From assembly GCF_963921235.1 (NCBI RefSeq), contig NC_086097.1, forward strand, positions 164,488,001 to 164,552,000: DNA of 64,000 nucleotides, read 5' to 3'. Shown in pieces: positions 25,458-38,563 of the stretch. Both the position numbers and the translations under genes were made by a program. Source of the stretch: Mobula hypostoma (lineage: Eukaryota). Within the stretch, counting starts at the first letter, position 1. Each line of letters starts with the position of its first letter. The notes under the pieces are model-generated. The model saw only the letters and a list, made by a program, of their open reading frames with translations, was not told the origin of the DNA and did no database searches.

Positions 25458-26489
25458 GTAAGAAATAGAGCCCTCTCTCGAAGTAGAACTTTAAATGATA
25501 ATAACATTCAAATTATTTTGTGAGAAGCTCTGTTTCAGACTGTAACAATAAGGAGTTAGTCAGTCTCTGGTACTTGGATAGCAAAGATTGAGTAGGTCAA
25601 CTTCGTGGAAGGTTGAGGAAGGCTTTTTGGCTAATTGGATCCAGAGAGGGAGGTTTTTTTTTGGTATTCTGGGACATTCATCTGGTTATCTCTTTATTGT
25701 TGTGTGATATGCATACCTTAAAAATAACAATGCTAAACCTTTGTGCACTGTTAAGATGCAAGACCAAAGATGAGCAAAAATAGGTCATTTCTCCCATCAA
25801 GCCCTCTCTGCCATTCAATCATTAATTCAGTGACTTGGCCTCCACAGCTATCTGTGGCAATGAATTCCACTGATTCACCACCTGCTGGCTGAAGAAATTC
25901 TTCCTCATTTCTGTTCTAAAGAGACATCCTCCTATTCTGAGTCTGTATCCTCTGGTTCTAGACCCTCCCACTCCATATCCTCTCTATATCCACTCTCTCT
26001 TGCCCTTTCTAGATTCTATATTTGCATTTTAAGTTATATTGCAGACTGTATTTTGTCATCCTTGGAAGTTTTGTACAAGAAATGATCTCACTGAAGTATG
26101 CGAAATGACTAATGTTCTACTGTTCTAGCTGTTCTTCATTGTTGTATTAGCTTTAATAATTACTGTTGTCTGATTCAGCATACTGCATGTTAAATCAATC
26201 CATGGCATTTCATGGAATACTCCTCCTTGCTATGTGCATTGTTTTACTTTCTCCACTTTTATCTGGCAGAATTCCGAATAAGGTACTCATTCACATTTTA
26301 TCCAACTTACACCCTGAATCAGGTGCCTCTCAGTCTGATGTTGATCTGTTAATAAAAGCACTGTAGATTGCATTGAATTTCAAAATACGTACAATTTAAT
26401 TTCTTTTATTCTCTTAGAAATCATAAAGAAGTTTCATGATACGATTCTGTTATCAGGCATGATCAAATAATGTGATGGGGAAGAGGGTA

Positions 26490-26800
26490 TTGGTACCATT
26501 GCAGTTGTTAATGGACAAGTCAGCATCTGTATAGATCCTGGGGTATGAATTTGAAACCAAACCAAGAAAATTAAATTTGGGTAATTGATTCATCTATTAT
26601 TAGTAATAATAAAAAAAATTGCTGAATTGTCATAAAAACAATTGTTTCACTGATATCCTTTGGGGAACAAAATCTGCTGTTCTTAACTCAATTTGGTCCA
26701 CATATTGCTATTGTAATATGGTTTATTCTTAATCCCTCCATTGTGAAATCATTTGGGGATGAATAATGAATGCTGGCCCAAGACTGACATCCATATGCAC
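26490..26800 (+). mobile_element. Ancient SINE, family uncertain; inverted copy at about 47545-47850
   Basis: Shared blocks AAATCTGCTGTTCTTA and GGGATGAATAATGAATGCTGGCC; highly decayed. Confidence 0.4.
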
Positions 26801-27062
26801 TGAAATAAATACTAGAGAGCTTAATTCCAGTTTTTAGGATCAATGTTAGTAAGATCCAGATAAAATAATTTTACACCGAAGCTCATCTGTAATTCATTCT
26901 TTTTCCTCATATTTCTGATCTGCTCTGTGCCGATCTGTAATTTGCTTATAATGCTCCTTTTTATCAAAATGCATATTCCCACTTCTAGTGAAATTATTTA
27001 AAGACCAAAGGAATATTTTTCTCCAACTGCCTTGCTAAACATTTAATCTTTAATTTCCTCAG

Positions 27063-27167
27063 TTTGCCCTGCAGATAACTGGGATGCGTTTTTGTGAAGC
27101 TAGTGCAAAGGACAACTACAATGTCAGTGAGATATTTTTGAAGCTCGTGGATGACATTTTAAATAAG
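27063..27167 (+). CDS. RAB12: Rab12 coding exon 5 ([35 protein letters not shown])
   Basis: ttcctcag| acceptor and G5 motif EASAK. Donor is AAG|GCAAGT (GC-AG intron). Confidence 0.95.
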
Positions 27168-27469
27168 GCAAGTTCATTTTGAATGAAGAGCAAAGCTTTT
27201 AAACATCAGTCTACTGTTGTATTTATGGTCTTTCATGTGAATTTCAAGGCCAATTGAGACTGTCACTTAAGAAGCTGGCAGTGTTGTATGGTAAATATCA
27301 TTCCTGACAAGACTGGTCATAATTAGTTGTGGCAATTAAATGGAGGAGGAAACTTCATGAACATCCCCATCCAGGACAATGTCAAAGCCCAGCATAAGTG
27401 GCTGTTGTTGAGATCCTCTACATCATTAAAGCCATTCATTAGTTAATTACATTCACTTCATATGATATA

Positions 27470-27740
27470 GTCATAGAAAGATACAGCACAAATAAGCTGT
27501 TCAGTCTACTGAGTCTGTGCCAATCATCCACCAATCATTTACTCTAATCCAACATTAATCCTTTTTTTTCCCTCTCCACTTTCTCATATACTTCCTAGAT
27601 TCTACACACGGTATTAGGATATAAAAGAGCAGATGACCCAAAGAAAATCCATGCAGTCAGATGACGGATATGGAAACTCACACTACCAACATCAGTAGTC
27701 TCTCCCACTGCATGGCAGCAGCTCTACTATCTCCACTGCT
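27470..27740 (-). mobile_element. Degenerate V-SINE-like copy
   Basis: Similar to 8850-9125 (GGCAGCAGCTCTAC head end) with a CATAG tail. Confidence 0.5.
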
Positions 27741-30434
27741 GTGCCTCCCAGTAGGAAATGACCTTGCATTAATACAACAGAAGTCATGGTTTCCATCAAC
27801 TGTAGTGCTGAGACAATGTGTGCTACATTATACTTACCTATGCCAATCCCATTTGCCCACATTAGAACTGTATTCTTCTATCCCTGTCTAAGTTCCTGAC
27901 TAAAGTACCTTTTTATGCGTTGTAATTAGAGTAGAAAGTGATTCCCTTTACTACTTAAAGGCTGCCTACCTTTCGCAAGTTTGAAGTAAATTTATTATCA
28001 AATTACATATGTATATGTTACCATATACAACCCTGTGATTCATTTTCTTGCGGGCATTCACAGTATATACAAAGAAACACAATAGAACCAGTGAAAGACC
28101 ACATTCAATAATATGGACAAACACCAATGTGCAAAAGGCTGCAAATACAAAGAGTGGAAAAATAGTAATAACTATCGAGAACATGAGATGAGTCCTTGAA
28201 AGTGAGTCCGTAAGTTGTGGGAGTAGTTCTGTGTTCTGGGTGAGTGATGTTATCCTCCGGTTGAAGAGCTTGATGGTTGAGGGGTCATAACTGTTCCTGA
28301 ATCTGGTGGTGTGGGTCTTGAGGTTCCTGTACCATCTCTTTGATGACAGGAGTGAGAAGAAAGCATGGTCTTCTGCCTTTCTATGACAGCACTCCGTGTA
28401 GATGTGCTCAATGGTGGCTCATCTTGGATTCTGCCGGGGCCACTCACTCCTGATCTCTTTACACTATTATTTCAAACATGGGCAAAAGCTGAATTCCAGT
28501 TTACAATTCCTCGGGTAATAAAGTACACCTGCACTTAAAACAGCCTGGATAATCAAAGAGTTTTCAAATGGTGAATACATTCAGGTCACGAGTTTCTGGC
28601 AATGGAAATCTCCAAACAGATGCAAACCACCTTATTTCCCCAGTGACCTGCTATCTGAAAAGCTGTTTTGGACTGTAATGGAATGCTTTCAAATAGCTAT
28701 ATACTAGCACCAACAGCATTAAAGAAACTCGGTACCATCCAGGCCTAAGCTGCTTATGTCTTTTGGTATACCATCCACATGGCCACCACATTCACACCAC
28801 AAACATAGCCTGACTGTGTTATGAACCATAAGCAGCAGTTGATTAGGAGCAGCTTTATCAGCAGCACCTTCCAAACCCACAGTCTCTACTCTCCTAGAAG
28901 GGGAAATGCAGTAGCTGCAAGCTATTGGAAACAAACCTGCAAGTCCTGTGTTAGATCACACATAATCCTGACTAAATACATATTTTTCCTTCATTATTAT
29001 AGACCAAAGTCTTGGCAATCCTTGTATAAATTCAGCACAAGGACCACCTGATAATAGAAGGCAGCTTGTCACCACCATGTTAGGACAATAAGAGATTCTG
29101 CATCATTACATAATGAACTGACCGCAGTAATTGGGATTTTTGTACGTTCCACATAAGGTGGGAATCGCAAAGTTGCTGAAATAATTGATTCCTGCTGTTG
29201 GAAGCTTTGCTACGTTTTCCAGCCTTCTCCAAAGGAATGAAGTATAAACGTTTGAATCGCTAGTGACATAAGCTATTCATGAACCAGACTCACTGTAAAA
29301 TGTTACAAAGTCTTGATTATTTTTCTTTGCAAGAGATCTATTTTAGAGGTGCATTGTGTTATATGTAGTGCTTCTCAAAGCTCCTAACTTAATCTCTCAG
29401 TTCAACAATTCACTCTGATATGCTGTAAAATAGACTGATATATCAGCTCCTACATTAAACGTGCATTATTTAGTCTTTGCTCTATTGAGTGCTAGTATAT
29501 TGAGTAAAACTTTTACTTTTCCTTCCTGGCTTGCTACCTGAGAACTCCTCAATGTGTTGGGCTGCTGACGAGCTTGCTGGCATTCCATCTGCTGGATGTA
29601 TGTGATCACTCTGAACCAATGCCTGCCTGTAATCATCATTGGAAATTCCCATCCCAAATATTGCTATATATCTGTGAATGGCTTTTTCCAAGTTAACAAC
29701 AAGTGTTATGGCTTCAATGCTATCTATATTAGCATTCTCTAGTAGTGTTTTATCAACTCCAAAACAGTTCCATTTATTTTCTAAATAAGTTCATTCTAAT
29801 AAATGATGTTTGTTTGAATGTTAGTGACAGATATGCTTGTAAGTAGAAAAAACAGTGAAAGCAGGAGTTCATAGTGTGATTTTTAGTGAATGTTTCACCA
29901 AGGTCTCCTTGTGATGTTACCATTGACAACAACTCACCCAATCTTGGCATCTTTGGCACACTGAACACAACTTGCAACAGCAGAAGTGACAGCTGTTGTT
30001 TCATTGCCTAAATCACAATTTAGAGCAGTGAGAAACAGCCAGCCATCAAAATTGTTGCAAAATGCCTTTTTCCACAGAGTACCCTGTGCAGTGTTGTAGC
30101 ACATAATAGCATGCAGATTCCACAGTATATTGGCAACTCCCCAGCTGGTGTTAATGCTTCTCATAAACCTCCTCCAGCATCTCTGATCTATTAGCACTAC
30201 ATATTATTTTGTATTCCTTCAGGTATTTATCGAGCATTCCTATAAATACATCTGATTTGCTTTTATGCCTCGGATTATGTTGACTCAACTTTTTGACTTG
30301 GAAAATTGCTTTGAAATCACAAAGCGTTCGTATAAAGTTAGTTTTTAAAAATCTGCTTTCATCTTTTATCTCTGTTCTGTTTTGATGTCTGAAGCTTAAA
30401 GAATTATAATGTTTTATCATATGCAAACTTTCAG

Positions 30435-30545
30435 ATGCCTGACGTACCCAAGCGCGAGTTATCAAACAGCATCCTGTCACTACAGCCAGAGCCTGAAATT
30501 CCACCAGAACTTCCACCAGCTCGGCCGAATGTTCGCTGCTGCTGA
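30435..30545 (+). CDS. RAB12: Rab12 last coding exon ([36 protein letters not shown])
   Basis: ctttcag| acceptor. Rab12-type hypervariable tail [21 protein letters not shown]-terminal CC prenylation motif, TGA at 30543-30545. Confidence 0.96.
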   Translation: MPDVPKRELSNSILSLQPEPEIPPELPPARPNVRCC

Positions 30546-32230
30546 CTGGTGCTTCTTCCCTGCGCCATACTGCGCTCGTACTCGCGTACGTTTCTGCAAT
30601 GCAATCAGTCTCACCATTGTCATCATTGCACTTTGTAGGAATGATCAGAGAAGAACTTGGACTAACTTTGTATATGTGTGAAGTTTTAAAATGGCATAGG
30701 ATAAAATTACTCTGTTCAGAATAACTGCACATGTATTTTTAAAAATCCTCTGATCTCTGGCAAAGTTGATGTTTTCTATACTAGTACAGTATTTAATGTT
30801 GGCACGTAGTACCAAGTGATTTCTAAACTTTGGAAGGGGCTTTTTTTTATTGGTACTCTAAAGAAAGTCAAGCCACCAAAAAGGCTGTCTGAATATTAGC
30901 ACAGAGCTGCTATTGTCAGTGGTATCATGGTATCACTGCTTCCTTTGAGTAGTACACGGTGGGTACATTAGAAAAACATATGAACCCAGTTTGGAAATTT
31001 TGCGAATCCTAATGATACACATACAAGGGAACCCCATTAGACACATGGTTGGTTTGTTTGTACATTGGTGCATAGACTGCAAATATGCATTTTATGTTCC
31101 CGGGAAGCTTTGGGAACTAAAGGGTTAACACTAAGTTGTGATCTGTCATTTGGAGAAAACGAGTTGTTCTCAGAGTGTGAAGCACAGAAATATTTGATGT
31201 GCAGTGGCAGAAATGTGCCATGCAATTTGAGTATTTTATCAAAGACAGAACACTATTGTGGTCAAGGCAGGCATAATCCACTTTTCTCCATACTAACCAT
31301 AAAGGTGTGTTGTGAAAGGACACAATTTGTGGTCATTTTAGAAGCACTTAATACTAAGTTCTGGGCAGAGGAGGGGGTACTGGGTAAATGGTTCAGCCTC
31401 ATATTTTAGCTGAGTATTTTATAGTGTACTTGAAATTTCAAGAGGGCATTTTATAAAAGTTGCCTTATGTGGATCAAATGTTTCAAAATTTGGTCTGTTC
31501 AAAGATATTTTGATTGTGCAAATGACTGCACCTCACTCTTGCACCATAGCTGTAATCAGCACTCCCTCATAACAATGTTAGATTTAAATTTTGGATGCCA
31601 AGTGCATTGCAAAGTGGGTGTAATTTACTTGAAGGAAACCCCCACTTAAGACGTGGCTCATAATACGAGCAACAGAGTAACTTCCATATCCAAGACTGAA
31701 GATTTTTTGTGGAATATGTGAGTACAGTATTCACTTTGCTATATTAATGGTCGGGGAAGTAATTTTGATTTACACAAAAAGTTTGTACTGTGGATCCCAC
31801 AAAAGGGCAGATACACTCGCAGCTTGATTCCAGATTGTGCTTGGTCATTGCTGTATGTGGAATATGAAGGTCTTCCCACTATTAGTGCATGTTATTTAAA
31901 AAGTGAAGTCTGTCTCTGGTGTAGCTGATTTCTTCTTTTGATGGATTCAAATATAAGCATGGTATGTAAAATTGTGACTTATTAAAACTATATATACATA
32001 AGCACCTAAACTGTTTACTTCATTTCTTGAAGCAATGCTGGAAATGATCGTCTGCCTAGAAGAATGGATATTACATTGTACCGTAACATCTTCTGTATAA
32101 GAACACTATTGCTTGTGTAGGGCTTTCTCAGCTGATCACTTCTTGGCACTTGGGAGATGAGGATGCTACACATGTACATTTTAAAATTGTGTGATTTACT
32201 GATGTACATTCAAAATTATTTTTTTTAAAC
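30546..32230 (+). other. RAB12: Probable RAB12 3' UTR (end uncertain)
   Basis: AT-rich unique sequence after the stop with no recognisable TEs. ATTAAA at 31981 and TGTACAT motifs near 32170-32210. The cleavage site cannot be fixed from sequence. Confidence 0.5.
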
Positions 32231-34014
32231 TTGGACTACATTCAAAGTTGTTGGTTCCACCGTGCATTTACTCTTCAGGTGTTTGTGAATTGGGGCTCTC
32301 ACCAGGTTGTTTTCTGGGAAAGCTTGCGGAATCACTGGTTGGGTTATCTGTGTTAGGTCTCAGTTTGTACTGTTTCTCAGACTGAGGAGGGGATGGTTAG
32401 CAGATGGTAGGAAGTATCCCCGTGGGGGAGAACAAGTGGTGGTGGAGGCTGCATAAGTTAGGTACAGATCCAAAACATGGCTCCCATTCCAACATAATAC
32501 ATGCATGAAACATTTCATTCCTACAGATAGCATAACTGATTTGCTGTGCTTTTGGTAATTATTTCTTCTCAGTCTTATTGTACATCTGATGTCATTTTTT
32601 AAACATTTATCATTGTAAGTAATCTTTGTGTATTTTCCTTATAATATTGATTTATGGATATCAGAAAAACAGAACCTTTTTTTTAAACTGCGTACAGTCC
32701 ATCCCTGGTAAGGGAGGGAGAAGTGTAGGGCACTTCGGGGAAGAGGTATTTGGAAGATTGTTCTGCGAGACCTAGAGCATGTATGTGAGCATGGGAGTTT
32801 GTGTATGTCTGCATGCAGGAACTTGTACATTGCTGCCAATCTGATATCCTAAGACCATGAAATGTGGCAACAAGGTATTCTGCCCTTTGACCCCTCATTA
32901 TTGGATCGGATTGTGGCTGATCTCGACATTCATTATATCCGCTTACTCTTTCCCCATAACCCTTGCCACCTTTACTGATAGGAATCTTTCTCTCTCAGCC
33001 TTATTTGTACACAATGATTCTGCTTCCACTGGTCTCTTTGTCAATCCAAACACTACAGATTCAGACTTAATATCAGTGATATATGACATAAAATTTGTTT
33101 TACGGTCACAGTACAGTGTAAGACAAAATTACCATAAATTACTAAAGTAAATAAATAGTGGGGAAAAAGGGAAGAATTAATCAGTTTCAAGTAGCTGCCC
33201 CCTTATTCTTAAGGAGGTATCCATGGGTTCCAGGCTCTTGAATTTTCTTGGATGCTTTTACTGCATAAACTCATTCCAGCTGATCAAATACCTGCATTTT
33301 TTAAATTTACCTTGTTACTGAATCTGAAATTGAATTATTACCAGGTTAATGCTGAAAGTGGTGAATATTTCTCATATTTGAACATAGTAAAACAATTAAT
33401 AATTCACTGAATCTTCAAAAGACAGCCAGTCTTCAATATTGCCAGGAGGAAAATGAGGAAGTCTTATGCCAGTGCGTGGAAAGCTGGGTCTTAAGAAGCT
33501 AATAAATCATTTGGATACAGTTTATGAACTGCCCTACCATGTCTGTTATTAATTAGGACCCATATATTATTCTTACTCTGCCCACGTAACCAACATTGTA
33601 GAAAAAGGAAAAATGAAACATTAATTTTGATCCTCCTTTCTCTAAAAAAAATCTTAACCTTTATTGGAACCTATGAAGCTTTTGAATTACTTTGCTTCAA
33701 AAGGGGAGTTGCAGATAAAAAGCAATACTATGGATTAAATTTTCTAGAGACCAACTAAAATTATTAAGGTGGAGTATAACTTTTAACATCAAAATACTCA
33801 AAACATCCTTCTGAACAGCTTTAAACTGGTTTATACTAATTAACCATGGAAATGAGCAATGGATAATTTTTACTTAAGGTACAAAAGGGTATAGGTTTTA
33901 GAAGCAGGGCAGAGTGCCCTCAGCTTCAAGCACAAACTAAAGTTTAAAATGCTTCATAAATATATCAATATACAGTATAATTGATATAATATAAATATAT
34001 AATTTTAAAAGTAT

Positions 34015-34245
34015 AGTGGTATGGTAGCAGAGTGCTTAATACAATGTTGTTACGTTGAGCCAGGTCCAATTCCACTATTGCCGGTCAGGTGCTCTCCACA
34101 TGACAGCGTGAGTTTCTTCTGGGTGCTTTGATTTTCTCCCACAGGCGTACAGGTTAGTCGTTTAATTGGTTACAGAGGTGTAATTGAGTAGCACAGGCTC
34201 ATGGGGCTTTAAGGGCCTGTTATCATGCTGTATCTCAAAATAAAA
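34015..34245 (+). mobile_element. Degenerate V-SINE-like copy
   Basis: GTTTCTTCTGGGTGCTTTGATTTTCTCCCAC V-domain variant with a GGGCCTGTTATCATGCTGTATCTC tail. Confidence 0.6.
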
Positions 34246-35144
34246 CAATTTAAAAATATATCTAATTGGACAGAACACTGCACTCTCTTACCTAGTACGA
34301 AGGTACTTGGTGCCATTTGTAATGGAACAGTTGTAACTGGGTGTTCTTCAGGTAAAGTGAGAAATACTTTGCTCCCAGCAGTGCAGCCAGCTTTTCTGGA
34401 GAGACAAACAGAATTATTGACAAATGTGGAAATCAAAGCAATCACACAAAATGGTGGAGGAACTCAGCAGGCCAAGTAGCATCTATGGAAAAGAGCGAAC
34501 AGTTGACATTTCAGGCTGAGACTCTTCATTAGAATTATTGTGTCAGTTCATGATTTATATCAGATTTAGGAAGTGTTTGATAAACAGGTATAAATGATGT
34601 TAAGAGTAGGGGAAGGGAGATCAAAAGGAAAGATCTGGTAAGGAAAAAGGTGGACTAAATTAAAATACAAAATGGACTGGTATTACCAATTCTTTTTGTG
34701 TTGTACTGAGGCAAATGACCTCAATGCTTTGGAAAATAACTGATAAATAAAGATTGGTGTTTTATGAATCAGTTCATGTTTGTCACAGTACGAAAGCTGA
34801 TATCTTCTAAATACTAGAAATTATCAGCTACACTCTGGCCCCCCTTTTTATTAGAGTAAATTATCTTTAAATGAAGATTTTAAGCTATTCATAATATCCA
34901 TGCTGGTAATAAGTGTGTGAAAACCCAACAACTGACCTTAGCAAGTTGAGATGTGATCAATAAATTAATTGGGAAAATAAAATGAATTAGATGTGTTAAC
35001 CAACTGTTTTGCAAGTGTTGTCTATAATAAATGTAAAAAAGCATATATTTCTATTACGTACATCAAAGGTAGTGTGTGATGTTTTCCTCATCCATTGTGG
35101 ATATGTATATGTGAAATTGGGCTCCTTCCCAAGCTAGTTACATA

Positions 35145-35687
35145 CATTAAAAATGCCACTTTATTAGGTACAGGAGTGAAATCTGGTGTGGTCTTTGCTG
35201 CTGGAGCCCTTCCACTTCAAGTTTCGACGTGTTGTGCATTCACAGATGCTATTCTGCACATCGTGCTATAACACCGGGTTATTTGAGTTACTGTCAGCTT
35301 GAACCAGTCTGGCCATTCACCTTTGACCTCTCCCATTAACAAGTTGTTTTTGCCCACAAAACTACTGCTCACTGGATTTTTTTTTTTCTCTTGCCATTAA
35401 ACAAGGGATCCATGGACTGCATGTTGGGAACCCCTGCTCTAGTCACTTTTTGTGTGTGAAAATCTCAGATCAGCAGTTTATGAAATATTCAAACTCGCTC
35501 ATCTGGCACCAACAACCATTCCACAGTCAAGGTATCTTGGTGCTAATTAATTCTTCATTCTGATGTTTGATCGAACAACTGAATTTCTTGACCAGGTCTG
35601 CATATTTTAATACATTGTATTGCTGCCACATAATTTTGGATATTTGCATTAGTAAGCAGGTGAATCTAATAAAGTCATCACTGAGTG
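35145..35687. mobile_element. Tc1/mariner-type MITE
   Basis: Imperfect TIRs GCCACTTTATTAGGTAC and ATCTAATAAAGTCATCACTGAGTG|TA. An inverted fragment recurs at about 36180-36350. Confidence 0.6.
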
Positions 35688-36681
35688 TAATTTCTTGCAC
35701 TTTTATGAATGTGTGATGCTATAAACATTGTTTTATTTCAGAATTAAATTGCTTCATAATTCTGGTCTTGGTGTTTCACATTTTCAAACAAGCAGTGTAC
35801 CTTTCCCAAGCTGAGAATGGTTTTGTGGCTTATTTTGCCAGAAGGGGAGTGATTTACACAAAAGAAAATTCTGAACGGGGGCATTGGGAATCTTCAACAA
35901 TGATCCTACACCTGTGGAGAGAGAAATAATTAACATTTCAGGTGATGCATTTTCATGAGAATGGCAAACCCCTGTATGAACAATAACTGACCTTGAAGCC
36001 TTTCAGTTCATTCCCACCACCATGGCCACTAAATTGAAGTCAAGTGATCACTAGATTCGGAAGAATGAATTTCGAGGTATTCTCGTACAAATAGATATTC
36101 TGGCACTGGAGTATGTTGTGTCCACCGCTTGCTGGTTGTGTTTTGTAATTTACTAAACAGAGAAAATATTTTTGAAATAAACTTGGGTATCTCAAAAACT
36201 GCTGATCTGGTATTTCCACACACACAACACCCTCTAGAGTTTGCAGAGAATGGTTCGAAAAACACAAAAAAAAAGAGAGTGGGAATTCTATGGGCGAACA
36301 TGCCTTGTTAACGAGAGAGGTCAGAGAGAATGGCCAGACTGGTTCAACAAGTTTGACTTTACTGTTATAATTTGAAACAATAATACAGTATATAGTAAAT
36401 TACCTACAGCTGAAAAAAATGGACATTTCACTGTTATCACATTCCTTTTGTCAGCTGTTGCAGCTGCTCTCATTCATCTGTCAATCTGATAACGTCAAAG
36501 GATTATCCCCAAGGTAAATCTAGCCTCTCCTGTTCTGAGATATGCCCCTTGCCCTTTTCATCCCTCTGTTGGCTTTTTCTGCAACTTGAAGTTAACTTGT
36601 TTTCTTACCTCCCTACTTCTAGCAAGGGATCTTTGACCTGAAATGTTATCTCTGTTTCTCTTCAAACAAATGAGCCCTGAC

Positions 36682-38080
36682 CCGGAGGATTGGAAGATTG
36701 CAAATGTCACTCACTCTTTAAGAAGGGAGGAAGGTAAAAGAAAGGAAATTATAAGCCAATTAGCCTAACCTTAGTGGTTGGGAAAGTGTTGGAGTTCATT
36801 GTTAAGGGTGAGGTTTCGAGGTACTTGGAGACGAATAAAGTAAGTCAAATTCAGCAAGGTGTCTGTAAAGGGAAATCTTGCCTGACAAATCTGTTAAGAG
36901 TTCTTTGATGAAGTAACAAGCAGGGTGGGCAAAAGAGAGGCAGTGGATGTCATTTACTTGGATTTTCAGAAGGCATTTGATAAGGTGTCACACATGACGC
37001 TGCTTAACAAGATAAAGTCCTAAGGTGTTACAGGAAAGATGCTGGCATGGATAGAGAAATGGTTGATGGGTAGGAGGAAGTGAGTGGGAATAAAGGAGGC
37101 CTTTTCTGGATGGCTGCCAGTAAATAGTGGTGTTCCTCGGGGTTCAGTATTGGGACCACTACTTTTCAGATTGTTGTCAGTGATGGAGCTAATGGAATTG
37201 TTGGCTTTATGGCAAAGATTGCAGATGATACAAAGATAGGTGGAGAGGTAGGTAGTGATTACAGAAGGATTTAATCAAATTGGAAGAAGAATGAGCAAAA
37301 AAGTGGCAGATGGAATACAGCATTGGGAAATAAAGCATTTTGGTACAAGGATCAATATTGTAGACTATTGTCTAAATGGAGAGAAGCTTCAAATATCAGA
37401 AGTGCAGAGGGGCCTCGGAGTCCTCGTGCAAGACACCAAGAAGGTTAATCTGTGGTAAAGAAGGCAAATGCAATGTTAGCATTTATGTCAAGGGGAATAG
37501 AATATAAAAGCAAGGAGATAATGCTGAGCCTTTATAAGACACTAGTCAGGCTGCACTTGGAGTATTGTCAACAGTATCGGGCCCCGTATCTCAGAAAGGA
37601 TGTGTTGTCATTGGAGAGTCCAGAGGAGGTTCACCAAGATGATTCTGGGAATGAAGGGGATAACATGAGGGGAGTTTAGTAGCTTTGGGCCTGTCCTCAG
37701 TAGAATTTAGAAGAATGCTGGGGGATCTTATTGAAATCCAGAACAGAATATTGAAAGGATGTTTCCTCTGGTGGGGTTATCCAGAACTGGAGGTCACAGC
37801 CTCAGAATTGAGGGGCGATCTTTCAGAACAGAGGATTTTTTTTTTGCCAGAGAGTAGTAAATCTGTGGAATGCTCTGCCACAGACTGTGGTGGAGGCCAA
37901 GTCTGTGGGTATATTTAAGGTGGAAGTTGATTGTTTTCCTGATCAGTCAGTGCATCAAAGGATATGGCAAGAAGGCAGTGTATGGGGTTGAGTGGGATCT
38001 GCGATCAGCCATGACGGAATGGTGGAGCAGACGCGATGGGCTGAATGACCTAATTCTGCTCTTGTGTCTTGTGGTCTTAT
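36682..38080 (+). mobile_element. CR1 LINE, degenerate ORF2 3' half and 3' end
   Basis: DWKIANVT..., DFQKAFDKV, ADDTKIGG, KKANAMLAF...LYKTLVRLHLEYC. Tail GTGTCTTGTGGTCTTATGG. Confidence 0.9.
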
Positions 38081-38372
38081 GGAGCTGTTGCACTGCATTT
38101 CATCAACACTGTGGGACCTGCATTTTTTTCCCTTTTTTATGATTCCCACAGAGTTTAATGGTATTTTGTGGGAAGCTTTCTTTTGAGGTTGATCCCTGGT
38201 GGACATGCAATGTTGATATCAGAGTGCTTCCATTAGTCAGAGAATCTTAAACAAGGAGGCATAGTTGTAAGAATGGGGAGCAGATATGTAAATCAGTGCA
38301 TCAGAGCCTCTTGCAGAGGGTGTGGAAATTCCCAGAGGAGTGTGATGACTAGATCATCGAGGAAGCTGACAC

Positions 38373-38563
38373 ATTTGTCTTCCCTCCTGTCTTCTCTTAT
38401 CATTTCAGATCTCACCCTCCCCCTCCCACTTTCAAATCTCTTACTGTGTCTTCTTTCAGTTAGTTCTGACGAAGGGTCTTGGCCCAAAACATTGACTGTA
38501 CCTCTTCCAATAGATGCTGCCTGGCCTGCTGCATTCCACCTGCATTTTGTGTGTGTTGCACAT
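38373..38563 (+). mobile_element. Penelope-like 3' end with decayed hammerhead motif
   Basis: TAGTT CTGACGA AGGGTCTTGGCCC AAAAC ATT GACTG at 38461-38498, followed by the family tail. Confidence 0.7.

Noticed and set aside
30151..30732. 193-aa minus-strand ORF and the overlapping plus ORF 30409-30681
   Set aside because: Antisense and off-frame shadows of RAB12 exon 6 with no recognisable domain.
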